Shown here one piece after another: positions 45,901 through 54,586 of a stretch of 64,000 bases of DNA. A program made the position numbers and the translations under genes. Under the pieces are notes generated by a model that did not search any database, had not been told where the DNA came from, and saw only the letters and a list, made by a program, of their open reading frames with translations. Source of the DNA: a phage; the sequence record PX969468.1; one strand, given 5' to 3'. Position 1 is the first letter of the stretch. Each line of letters opens with the position of its first letter.

Positions 45901-46823
45901 ATGCTCAATGGGGCACAAAAATACAGGTAGACTCCGCAGGGAATAAGTATGTGGCAGGTATCCAGTTAGGCATGGAAGGCTCTGGAGGCCAAGTTCAGTC
46001 ATATTTCATGGTTAGCGCAAACAACTTTGCGGTATACAACCCAGGCAATGGAACAGCAACCCTTGCTTTCGCAATCAAGAACAACCAAGCGTTCTTGAAA
46101 GACGCTTTTATAGAGAACGGCACGATCTCTTCTGCCAAGATCGCGCAAGAAATTTCGTCAAACAACTACGATGGCAATGGGTACCACAAATACGGTTGGT
46201 ATATTAACAAGAACGGGCACGCCCAGTTTATGGATGTGTGGGTGAAAGGTAACATCAACGCTAGTGCAGGTAACTTCACAGGGGCAGTTAACGCTACCAG
46301 TGGCACCTTCCGTGGAGATGTTTATGCCAACAATGGTAGCTTTAGAGGAACCATAGATGCAACAGGAGGTACATTCCGTGGACGTGTAGAAGCTTCCGTT
46401 ATCCGTGCTAACCAGTTCGAAGGTGCGATTGTTGCACACAGGACTTACGGAGATTGTGCTCCAGTATACAACTCCCAGCAAAGGGTTTGCCGTTGGAGGT
46501 GGAGATATGTAGATAACGTTTCAGGTCAGGGTAAGAACGTAACATTCTTCTTTAAACTGAATGGTACTCTTGCCAGCTCCCAGCTTAACGTTTGGATAGC
46601 CGGACATCAAATCCTTGCAGGCAAGAAGTACGGAAACGACAACAACGGCATGTGTGCGGTAGGGATAACAGGTCTTGGTGAACAAACTATAGACATTATC
46701 GTCGAGATTTACACACCATGGTCAACGTCAAGTGTGACAGGGGTTACAATATCTTGTCCAACCGTAATAGTTAGTCGTTCAAACTCTAGCCTCCAGGGAC
46801 CTTGGAACGAGTCTCATGACTAA
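42984..46823 (+). CDS. lambda J-like tail tip / host-specificity protein with internal tandem repeat region
   Basis: 1279 codons; segments QAPEAPVSVEVKQGYFAITLIPH and YVAGIQLGMEGSGGQVQSYFMVSANNFAVYNPGNG resemble conserved blocks of lambda J as recalled; central ~240-residue region of imperfect repeats (TNKATTDLLN...). Confidence 0.6.
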   Translation: MPIAMIDNIVASARSSSYDWNASKAALADSLNTVTTRTLDKIFEGNKSYRSQQDRQKLLRSSAAPCSVVYGKTRTSGLLAFLEQDRDRTLHCAIVLANHPLEGIEDILIDGNPISSYGDLVSWELHNDRKTSDPFMGTHCPSWSPDMIGRGISWLRASFKFDPNKFPFGLPNVTLVKVGKKCYDPRISKEVYTNNAALVILDYLRTYLKCPDETINWESFKEAANICDEAVKNADGTSERRYTINGEFDMDEAPASIMAEMLKACGADLSYVAGKYGLLVGAYYGPATMTLSEDCVCGEVKIYPEASFDKRSNTITGRFTSPTKGYSETDFPSVFVPEWVEKDGERKIIDIDYRFVTSPYQAQRVSAIFLRRARAGRIIEVTCNMRGFKFKPGRYVTMDLPSIGIVGQEMRVLEWEFTKKGGVKVKLRQDAKEWNDATGQLPDSGDVDIPISPSGVAQPQNFRYSVLQAGEVTHGVLAWDNVGTYAQNIVQVRKNGEIIWTAQTVEQFVRVEGLTKGSYTATVVATSYKGGVSPEAYCEFNIQAPEAPVSVEVKQGYFAITLIPHSRDLASVSTQYDFWTSGMTRLPDTSDATVTSKATRMGVGSTWTSEGLQNDKIYYWYIRTTNAFGSSQFVECAARCYTSIEDLMPQIDAEFKKTETYKELMSTLDSSIEEVENRVIELNKYMDGRVDEAFQQLGDRIGAVVTETTQKFEDVNGNITALDRKLVAAQNKFTNDLNTESGRLASLIETTNKATTDLLNKKTEALDEKLVAAKGELVEQISGVESGYLAGDKTLDGKINTQRTELDASILSTNQATVDLLNRTSETLDQKISQTNATVSKNYTTLDGKITTAKTDLNTLIANTNKATTDLLNQKTSALSEQITSARGEISTNKQAIKDLDGKLTSTKTALDATISDTNKATVDLINGTASAIRQELAVAKQEIIDDVGDVSELRAAVATTSKAVTDLEGKVNAQWGTKIQVDSAGNKYVAGIQLGMEGSGGQVQSYFMVSANNFAVYNPGNGTATLAFAIKNNQAFLKDAFIENGTISSAKIAQEISSNNYDGNGYHKYGWYINKNGHAQFMDVWVKGNINASAGNFTGAVNATSGTFRGDVYANNGSFRGTIDATGGTFRGRVEASVIRANQFEGAIVAHRTYGDCAPVYNSQQRVCRWRWRYVDNVSGQGKNVTFFFKLNGTLASSQLNVWIAGHQILAGKKYGNDNNGMCAVGITGLGEQTIDIIVEIYTPWSTSSVTGVTISCPTVIVSRSNSSLQGPWNESHD

Positions 46824-46830
46824 CAGTAAA

Positions 46831-46858
46831 GCCCCGCTTCGGCGGGGTTTATTTTTAT
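46831..46858 (+). terminator. rho-independent terminator
   Basis: stem CCCCGC/GCGGGG with TTCG loop then TTTATTTTTAT. Confidence 0.65.
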
Positions 46859-46865
46859 GCTCGGA

Positions 46866-46894
46866 TTGACTATTGTTACAAAATTTGGTAAAAT
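46866..46894 (+). promoter_or_regulatory. sigma70-like promoter TTGACT-17-TAAAAT with TGG extension
   Basis: read directly. Confidence 0.55.
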
Positions 46895-46927
46895 ACCTTG
46901 TAGAGATTTTCATACCGGAGGAGTGAC

Positions 46928-48418
46928 GTGGCTAAGTATGGATTGACAGAGGCTGGTTTCGTTATACCAACCCTAAATGACCTAATCGTTGAAACTAAGC
47001 AAAGCCTGATCCGTGCTTTTGGCGAAAACTTCAACGTACAGAGTAACTCCGTTGCAGATAAGCTGACCACTATCTTCAACGAGCGAGAGTATCAACTTAT
47101 TCTTATGGCAGCATCTGTATACGCATCGCAGACGCTGTATGGGGCAGAAGGTATTTACCTGGATGAGCTTCTTGGAAGACAGGGTATTTACCGAAGAGGC
47201 CGTTCTAAATCATCAGGTACCTGCCAGTTGACAATCAACACAACTGTGCCGTACAATATGATTTATGATTCCAAAACTTATACGCTGGACAGTGGCAACT
47301 TTGTTCTTAGCAACGATGTGCAGGTGGCGGGAAATCTTATTGCTCACAGAATAAACGCTCCAGACCTAAGAATTGGGAAATACAACTTTCAAATTACCAA
47401 CCAGACAGACGGAAGTATCAAAACAAAAAGTTTGGTTTTAACAGATAAGGCTCTGGACTCTTCTGATTTGCCAAGCTTTTACGGCGAGATTAAGCAATTC
47501 ATTGTCGATAATACAACCCTGCTGAATGATGATTTAATTCAGATAGATATGTTGACAGGGACGTTGTGGATAGGGTACAATTCGAATCTTGATCAGGTTG
47601 GACTTAATAGCAGGGTAGATTTCAGAGTATCCCCGATTGTAGGGGAAAGAACTATCACCCTAGATGTTATCGCTAACGAGGCTGGTGAGCTGTCAAGAGA
47701 GGCAGAAACCGTGACAACAATGTCACCTACTCCCAGCGGATTTATCAAGCTTACCAACCGAGAAAGATTCAATGAGGGTAGGGATGTTGAGAAAGACTCT
47801 GAGTATCGCTTAAGAGCTTCCAGCACTAAACAGCTGACATCTAAAGCTACCCGTCCTGCAATCCTTAGCGCTGTAAGCGAGGTGAAAGGTGTTGAAAAAG
47901 TAAGAGTGTTCTCTAACAACACCGATAAAACGGATGTGAAAGGTATACCACCTTATAAGTTTCAAGTGGTGGTGTTTGGTGGTGCAACAGAGGATATCTG
48001 TCAGGCGCTGTATCAAACCATAGCTTGCACAAACAGAACTTATGGGAATATCTTCTACGATATTACCACATCAGACGGTCAGACTGAAAGGATTTATTAC
48101 TCCAAGGCAAATACCTACCGCCTAGATGTAAGAATTACCTACTCAGGTGCTGCGCTTTCCACAACCGAAAAAGATGCCATTGTAGAGGCTCTTTTGCAGG
48201 TTGTTAACGGACTGGATGTTGCAGATACGTTGTACAATATCCAATTGGTTGGTGCTGCATCGGCTGCTGTGTCAATAGGCAGATTTAACAGACTTGTAAT
48301 TCAAGTCAAACCTGTGGGGGCCTCTGATGAAGCTTACACTACAAACGATATTGTTGCAAACATGACTGAGGTGTTTGACCTAGACGAAAGTAATATAACT
48401 TTCCAACAAACTATTTAA
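46928..48418 (+). CDS. baseplate/tail structural protein
   Basis: 496 codons; GTG start with GGAGG RBS. Confidence 0.4.
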   Translation: MAKYGLTEAGFVIPTLNDLIVETKQSLIRAFGENFNVQSNSVADKLTTIFNEREYQLILMAASVYASQTLYGAEGIYLDELLGRQGIYRRGRSKSSGTCQLTINTTVPYNMIYDSKTYTLDSGNFVLSNDVQVAGNLIAHRINAPDLRIGKYNFQITNQTDGSIKTKSLVLTDKALDSSDLPSFYGEIKQFIVDNTTLLNDDLIQIDMLTGTLWIGYNSNLDQVGLNSRVDFRVSPIVGERTITLDVIANEAGELSREAETVTTMSPTPSGFIKLTNRERFNEGRDVEKDSEYRLRASSTKQLTSKATRPAILSAVSEVKGVEKVRVFSNNTDKTDVKGIPPYKFQVVVFGGATEDICQALYQTIACTNRTYGNIFYDITTSDGQTERIYYSKANTYRLDVRITYSGAALSTTEKDAIVEALLQVVNGLDVADTLYNIQLVGAASAAVSIGRFNRLVIQVKPVGASDEAYTTNDIVANMTEVFDLDESNITFQQTI

Positions 48419-48429
48419 GGCGGTGAGAT

Positions 48430-49116
48430 ATGGCAGAGATTAAGTCGGATGTCAACCACATCCACACTCTGCCAGATTTTGTTCAGGGAGGTCTTGATTA
48501 CCTGCCTGGGGATTTTCTGGCTGAGAAGGTTAATTTAGTCACATTCTTAACCGTGTACCTTAAAAGGTTGGAGAATGTTGATAAAATACTGGTAGGCTTG
48601 GCTGAAGGAAGATTGCTTAACAATGCCAGCGGGAGATACCTTGACGAAGTTGGTAATCAACTTGGTATCCTTAGGAATGGTCTTTCAGACGCGGATTTTC
48701 GTGCTACGCTGATTATTCAGCAGGCAGCATCATCAAGAGGTGGTACTCGCGAAGATGTCATCTCCACCTTACGACAGTTGTTCGGAAGAGATAATTTCGA
48801 TACGTGGAAAGGTGACAATTTCAGGTTTGACATAAACATTAGAAAAACTTGCTTTGACATATTGCAGTCTATCGACCAGATCTTAGATATGCTGCCATTG
48901 CCTTGTCATTTGCGTCTTACGGAATCGCAAGGGCAAGCTTTTGGTTTTGAAGGGGACTCTGCAGCTCTCGGCTTCGGATCAGTGTGGGAAGAAAACCAGT
49001 TCGGGGTTGGTGGGTTGGCTACTTTGTTATATGTTCCTGACGTAAGACCTGATTGGGACACCACAACTATTTATTGTGAAAGTATTACAGTAAACGCAAC
49101 TAGACAGGAGGGTTAA
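48430..49116 (+). CDS. baseplate/tail structural protein
   Basis: 228 codons. Confidence 0.4.
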   Translation: MAEIKSDVNHIHTLPDFVQGGLDYLPGDFLAEKVNLVTFLTVYLKRLENVDKILVGLAEGRLLNNASGRYLDEVGNQLGILRNGLSDADFRATLIIQQAASSRGGTREDVISTLRQLFGRDNFDTWKGDNFRFDINIRKTCFDILQSIDQILDMLPLPCHLRLTESQGQAFGFEGDSAALGFGSVWEENQFGVGGLATLLYVPDVRPDWDTTTIYCESITVNATRQEG

Positions 49117-51188
49117 TGGCAATAGCTGTTTTTAAACCTTACCGTGATTACTCTACAATGGCTGCACGGTTTCATTACCGCACAGTTCAAGATACTGCAG
49201 TTCCAGGTAGGGATTATGATCATGTTGAGGGTGATATAACTATTCCGGTTGGGGCAACCAGTATTGAGATTCCTGTAGAAATTGTTGACAAATTGCCAAA
49301 CAGGTTGCCAAGAAGCTTCTTTATGGAGTTTTCATCAAACTCCCAAGGGGTTATGATTGGAACACAAAGAGCGAAATGTACAATAGTTTCAGATGAGAAT
49401 CTTGACAGAATATCTTGGGATACCGTTGAGGAGAGAATGTTTCACCCAAGATACTGGGTTACAACCACACAGCAGACTGAAAGCACCTGTATTGTTGCGG
49501 ATAATAACTGCTGTATTAACCGTTTAGTGTCAAGAACATATGGAGGCATGGCTGGGTGCATTTGGGAAACAGTTGACAAGTATGACCATTTCGGTATTGG
49601 ATTTGATGATCACTACGAGATGAGAAACACCAAGCTTTGGTTCAGAATGTCAATAACCAATGCCAGCAACTTTTCCACCCCTGAAAAGATGATTATGACT
49701 GTAGACCTTGTTGATGGTACAATCATCTATGTTCCTTTAGCTCAATATGCTGTCAGCATCTCAGAGGATAAGAATGTTGCAGAAATTCATATTGATTTCG
49801 AGGACTGCGTCGGGATGGACCAGAACAACAACATGATGGGTGTTGATCCTCGGCAGGTGAGAAGGATTCTAATACCACTTATGCCTAAAGATTGGGTAGG
49901 TAATAGCACAGACCCGAGAACGGAAAATGTAGAGTGTGAGCTGCGTCTAGATCTGCTTCAGCCGGACACAGGCTGGAAAATGATGCAACTTAACAATATC
50001 CAGGTGAAAGAGCACGACGTCGGGATCTGCACAGCATATGACGATATGTGGAACGTATCCCCTTTAAGGGTGTTGAGCAATATCAAGCGCCTTGGCTATA
50101 CCGGAACCATAAATCATTATGTTGGTATGAGTCATTATTATGACTACACATGGTCAGGAACCCAATGGTCTATAAACAAAACAGGGGCTCTAAACGCTGC
50201 AGCTTATAAATGGCATGATGATTTTATGTACAATGCCAAACGACATGACTTCGACGTTATGCAGTCTGTAAGCTTTGAGCTTTATAGCGATGCCTGCCCG
50301 TTGGAATGGACCCAGAGAGACTGGAACGATAACTATGCTAAAACAGGCTATACGCCTTGTAGTTACCTCCTGTCTCCAACCATTGAAGAGGGTATGAATT
50401 TCCTTACTGCGGTATTTAAGAATTTTGCATCAGCCGCTATGAGAAACAACCTGCCAGTGATTATGCAGATTGGTGAACCGTGGTGGTGGTTCAATACCGA
50501 TACTCGTAAGCCTTGTATTTATGACTACCCTACAAAGCAGGCGTTTTATGATGAGACTGGTGAATATGCACTAGACATTGGGACTATTGACGATCCTAAA
50601 ACTGGCGGTGTTTATGACAAGTATGTAGCATTTTGTCGTGGTAAGCTTGGCGCTCGTATTGCAGCCATTTCAAAGGCAATAAAAGCACACGCTGCATCGG
50701 CTCAGATGACAGCTTTACTGTTTTTCCCCACTATTATGGAAACCGAGCTTACGCAAAAACTGAACCTTGCTGACCAATATAAAAAGGAAGCAGGTGCTCT
50801 TGATTTCTTCTGCACTGAGTGCTACGATTGGGTGATGCAGGGAGGTATTGAAAAGGCAAAAGAGTCTGTAAACATACCTATCGTTAAGTTAGGTTGGAAA
50901 CCGTCTGAAATACAATACCTTGCAGGGTTCGTTCCTAGCAAAGAGCTTGCTCCGGTATATGGCTACGACCCAACCAGGAATTACCAAGAATTTTTATGGA
51001 GATGTATTTGCGGAAACATGGCAACCATAGAGTATAGATACCCTGAGGTAAAACAGTATGTGTGGGCATACCCGCAAGTAATGTCTGACAGCATCACTGT
51101 TACCGCTAGAGATTCTACCGTGCTTCATATGGGGCAGGTTGCTCTGAAAGGGTATGTAGAAGATGTTGTCCCGCCAGACTTCTCATAA
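49116..51188 (+). CDS. tail-associated protein, N-terminal Calx-beta-like segment (tentative)
   Basis: 690 codons; N-terminal DYDHVEGDITIPVGATSIEIPVEIVD pattern; Trp-rich C-terminal region. Confidence 0.3.
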   Translation: MAIAVFKPYRDYSTMAARFHYRTVQDTAVPGRDYDHVEGDITIPVGATSIEIPVEIVDKLPNRLPRSFFMEFSSNSQGVMIGTQRAKCTIVSDENLDRISWDTVEERMFHPRYWVTTTQQTESTCIVADNNCCINRLVSRTYGGMAGCIWETVDKYDHFGIGFDDHYEMRNTKLWFRMSITNASNFSTPEKMIMTVDLVDGTIIYVPLAQYAVSISEDKNVAEIHIDFEDCVGMDQNNNMMGVDPRQVRRILIPLMPKDWVGNSTDPRTENVECELRLDLLQPDTGWKMMQLNNIQVKEHDVGICTAYDDMWNVSPLRVLSNIKRLGYTGTINHYVGMSHYYDYTWSGTQWSINKTGALNAAAYKWHDDFMYNAKRHDFDVMQSVSFELYSDACPLEWTQRDWNDNYAKTGYTPCSYLLSPTIEEGMNFLTAVFKNFASAAMRNNLPVIMQIGEPWWWFNTDTRKPCIYDYPTKQAFYDETGEYALDIGTIDDPKTGGVYDKYVAFCRGKLGARIAAISKAIKAHAASAQMTALLFFPTIMETELTQKLNLADQYKKEAGALDFFCTECYDWVMQGGIEKAKESVNIPIVKLGWKPSEIQYLAGFVPSKELAPVYGYDPTRNYQEFLWRCICGNMATIEYRYPEVKQYVWAYPQVMSDSITVTARDSTVLHMGQVALKGYVEDVVPPDFS

Positions 51189-51200
51189 TCAGGAGATAAA

Positions 51201-52241
51201 ATGTCAAAACCTAGTTTTCCATTAGAGATTTGGGCAGAGGAGGATCAGGTTCTGCCTAACACCCACAGACAGAACAGGCTACGCCCGATTGATGATTTGT
51301 GGAGAAAAGGTTGGGATCTTGGTCAAAAGCCCTCATGTGAAGAACTTAACTATATTTTCAATATGCTCGGAACTTGGGCAAAATACATTGCTGACGAGCA
51401 GATCCCCGCTCAAGAAGGCCGTTATCTGGTACGCGATAATAACTTGAGTGATCTTTTGAACATCCCTGTTGCCCGTAGAAACCTTGGGATTATTACTAAG
51501 GAAGAGGCAGACGCCAGGTATGTAAAAGTTACAGGTGATACAATGACAGGCCCATTGGGTTTGCAACGTATCAACTTTAAAGCTGCCGAGACAGACAGGG
51601 CTTGGATAGAGACAACTATTGGCCCAGATAAGACAACTCTCGACTTTGGGTTAAGTGATAATATTGGGTCGTTTGATGATGGTGGTACATCTACAGTAGA
51701 TGCGTTTCGTTGGAGATTTCAGCCAACTCAGCCGGATATCAATCCGGAGTTCACTTTGATGTACCTTAACGCGATCACGGCTAACCGTGCGCTGTTGAAA
51801 GTGGTAGGCAATGTTGAAGTTGTCGATAACATGAGGTGCAATAACCTTACTATTAGCAATACAGCAACATTCACCAACTGTAATGTGGCTAGTCAGTTGA
51901 CGGCTGGGTCAGTGTATGTTAATGGTGGTACAAGTTGTGACAGTATGGTTGTAAGAAGTCAGCACTGTGTTGTCGGTAACAGAAATGTGGTGCGCTCTGT
52001 AAATGGAGTGACGGCTAACGGTAACGGTGATGTAACAATCACTATCCCGCAGACAGGTGTGCAAGACATCAGAATCGGTGCAAGACTTGTTGACGGCGTT
52101 TCCGAATCTCCAATTCGCAACGGCTACGTTGTCACAGGCTGGCATTTCGGTGACAAAAAAGAGATGCGTGGTTCAACCTACTGGGCAGGACCTTTACAAA
52201 AACTTGTAAATGGTCAATGGATCACTGTTAATTATGCATAG
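51201..52241 (+). CDS. tail fibre protein (paralogue A)
   Basis: 346 codons; paralogous to 53256..54299 (shared PL-IWA N-terminus, FRWRFQP core, C-terminal VNGQWITVNYA). Confidence 0.55.
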   Translation: MSKPSFPLEIWAEEDQVLPNTHRQNRLRPIDDLWRKGWDLGQKPSCEELNYIFNMLGTWAKYIADEQIPAQEGRYLVRDNNLSDLLNIPVARRNLGIITKEEADARYVKVTGDTMTGPLGLQRINFKAAETDRAWIETTIGPDKTTLDFGLSDNIGSFDDGGTSTVDAFRWRFQPTQPDINPEFTLMYLNAITANRALLKVVGNVEVVDNMRCNNLTISNTATFTNCNVASQLTAGSVYVNGGTSCDSMVVRSQHCVVGNRNVVRSVNGVTANGNGDVTITIPQTGVQDIRIGARLVDGVSESPIRNGYVVTGWHFGDKKEMRGSTYWAGPLQKLVNGQWITVNYA

Positions 52242-52255
52242 ATCGGAGGACTAGC

Positions 52256-52840
52256 ATGAAAATACTTCAAGAGTTTAAACTTTACCAACCGGGATCTGGC
52301 GAATACCACGCCAACAAGGAAACCAAAGAGCTGACCCCTCAAGAGGTTGAGGATTACACCGCATACACTGGGTATTTTTTACGTAATGATGATGGCGATT
52401 GGTATGTGCAGTCACGAACATTACGACAAGAAAATCCGGGTTGTATCTTCCTACTTGTTGACGAGAAGGGAATTCTTAAGACATCTACAGAAGAGCCTGA
52501 TGCCTTATGGCCTGCTCCAGGTCTTCGTGTGGTTATCGCCAAAAAAGAAGAGGTACCAGAAAACATTATGCTTCACCACGACGCTTTGCGTTTAGTTGGT
52601 GATGAATTTGTCACAGATAATGAATTCTTTGTTCAACAGGCAGAGGGTGTCATAGAGACAGAACTTGCTTGGGCTACTGCTAGAATTGGTGCCTATCAAG
52701 ACATGATTGACCTTGAATATGATCTTACTGATGACCAGAAACGTAACATCAGAGATTTGAAAATGTACAGGGTAAAACTTCTTGAAATAGATACATCTAA
52801 AGCCCCTGACATTTTCTTCCCGGAGCGACCTACCCTCTAA
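52256..52840 (+). CDS. tail fibre assembly chaperone (Tfa-like)
   Basis: 194 codons immediately downstream of fibre gene; C-terminal LTDDQKRNIRDLKMYRVKLLEID pattern. Confidence 0.45.
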   Translation: MKILQEFKLYQPGSGEYHANKETKELTPQEVEDYTAYTGYFLRNDDGDWYVQSRTLRQENPGCIFLLVDEKGILKTSTEEPDALWPAPGLRVVIAKKEEVPENIMLHHDALRLVGDEFVTDNEFFVQQAEGVIETELAWATARIGAYQDMIDLEYDLTDDQKRNIRDLKMYRVKLLEIDTSKAPDIFFPERPTL

Positions 52841-52851
52841 GAGGAGGTGTT

Positions 52852-53166
52852 GTGGAGTTGGATTTGGCGGCATTGTACGGTATCTGCATGGGTACCGTTG
52901 TCCCGATCTGTGTATGGGCTTTCAACCAGTGGCACACCAAATGGAAAGGCATTTCCAAGAGGTTGGATGAACTGGAGAAAGACCTCATCTTAGTGAAAAA
53001 CAGTATGGTTACAAAAGATAAACTTGATTCCGTTATCGAGACCCGGTTAAGCAAGCTAGAGGCCGATATTAACGACCTTAAGCAGGATGTCAGGACAGAT
53101 GTCTCCGGCATCCGAGCTGATGTACAAAAGATTTTGCACATGCTTGTAGAGCATAGTAAAAGGTAA
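52852..53166 (+). CDS. small membrane protein, TM helix + coiled coil (holin-like candidate)
   Basis: 104 codons; GTG start 4 nt after GAGGAGG; N-terminal hydrophobic helix LAALYGICMGTVVPICVWAF then charged helical tail. Confidence 0.35.
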   Translation: MELDLAALYGICMGTVVPICVWAFNQWHTKWKGISKRLDELEKDLILVKNSMVTKDKLDSVIETRLSKLEADINDLKQDVRTDVSGIRADVQKILHMLVEHSKR

Positions 53167-53196
53167 ACAAAGGTCAGGACGGAAAGGACTCCGTTC

Positions 53197-53225
53197 TTGC
53201 ATTTTGTTTCCTAAAGTGTTAAAAT
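53197..53225 (+). promoter_or_regulatory. sigma70-like promoter TTGCAT-17-TAAAAT with TG extension
   Basis: read directly; preceded by a short hairpin. Confidence 0.45.
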
Positions 53226-53255
53226 AGTCCTAAGGAATTTTCTCAGGAGAACGTG

Positions 53256-54299
53256 ATGACTAAACCAGTTATCCCTCTTGATATTTGGGCCAATCAGGAT
53301 GTTGTGCTTGAAAATACGGGAGAATTGAATAAGTCTCAACCAAAAAAAGAAGAGAGATTGAAAGGTTGGGATATGACACAAAGAGTGGCATGTGAAGTTG
53401 TTAACTTTGAACTTCACATGCTTTCTGCGTGGTTAAAGCATTTAACAGAAGATGTTGTCCCAGGATGGGATAATAGATTCTTAAGGGTCACTAATAATCT
53501 AGCAGACGTTCCAGACAAAGCTGCTGCACGTCAAGTTCTCAATGTATACTCGCCTGAAGAAATGGACGATCTGTATGTTGACAAGTCTGGAGACATAATG
53601 ACTCAGACTCAAACTTTAGGCCTTCAAAGAATCGAGTTTGCATCTGCGTCAACAGACAATGCGGCAATATATACCACCATAACCTCAGACAAGACGATGA
53701 TGGATTTCTGGATTATGGACAACATCGGTGGTGCTGACGGCACAGATCTTGATGATCCTTCTCACCAAATAGACGGGTTCCGTTGGAGATTTCAGCCTTC
53801 TGGTGGGCAGCCTGTGTTTTCGGCTATGAAGCTCAATGCTATAACTGCCAACCGTGCAAGACTGGCTATTCAAGGAAATCTTGAATGCAACGATGCAAAA
53901 AGTTCCTCTGCAAATGCCAATGCAGTTACTATACCAAGAGCCACTGTTAATGGTCAACAATCCTGTGGAAGCGCTCAAATAGGTGGAAGAGTTGATTGTA
54001 ACGATGAAACCGTCAGGGGCCAATATGCAACAGTTGGTGGAAGAAACGTGGTCCGTAGGGTAAATGGTAACAGCGCAGACGGTAGTGGTAACCTTACTAT
54101 TCCTATGCCTAGTAGGGGTGTTGAAGATGTAAGGATAGCAAACCGTTTCAGAACCACCTACAGAGAATCAAGAGTATACCCTGGGCATGTAATGTGCTCC
54201 GGCAATTACGCCTATAAACACCCGTATCAGGGCGACTATTGGACTGGAGCCATTCAAAAATTTGTAAATGGTCAATGGATCACTATATCTTATGCTTAA
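53256..54299 (+). CDS. tail fibre protein (paralogue B)
   Basis: 347 codons from ATG with CAGGAGA RBS; paralogous to 51201..52241. Confidence 0.55.
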   Translation: MTKPVIPLDIWANQDVVLENTGELNKSQPKKEERLKGWDMTQRVACEVVNFELHMLSAWLKHLTEDVVPGWDNRFLRVTNNLADVPDKAAARQVLNVYSPEEMDDLYVDKSGDIMTQTQTLGLQRIEFASASTDNAAIYTTITSDKTMMDFWIMDNIGGADGTDLDDPSHQIDGFRWRFQPSGGQPVFSAMKLNAITANRARLAIQGNLECNDAKSSSANANAVTIPRATVNGQQSCGSAQIGGRVDCNDETVRGQYATVGGRNVVRRVNGNSADGSGNLTIPMPSRGVEDVRIANRFRTTYRESRVYPGHVMCSGNYAYKHPYQGDYWTGAIQKFVNGQWITISYA

Positions 54300-54310
54300 A
54301 AAGAGGGTAA

Positions 54311-54577
54311 ATGAAATTAACTCAGTTTTTATGGGGGTTGGTTGCAGCATCTGATGACCCTACGAAAGTGTCCCAATCTAAGCTATGGTCAAACATAGGC
54401 ATGGCAGTGATGACTGGGGTGTTTATTCATATGGGGTACAATGATACGCTTCCTGAATGGTATGCGTGGATATATGCACCTTCAGTAGCCTGCCCCCAGC
54501 TTATTAGCAAATTCATCTCGCTCCGGTGGGGTTGCCAGCACCCTGACCACGTTAAAAACGAAGAGCAAAAAGCTTAA
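54311..54577 (+). CDS. small hydrophobic protein (membrane protein or fibre accessory)
   Basis: 88 codons; hydrophobic segments FLWGLVAA and IGMAVMTGVFIHMGY. Confidence 0.35.
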   Translation: MKLTQFLWGLVAASDDPTKVSQSKLWSNIGMAVMTGVFIHMGYNDTLPEWYAWIYAPSVACPQLISKFISLRWGCQHPDHVKNEEQKA

Positions 54578-54586
54578 GGAGAAATC

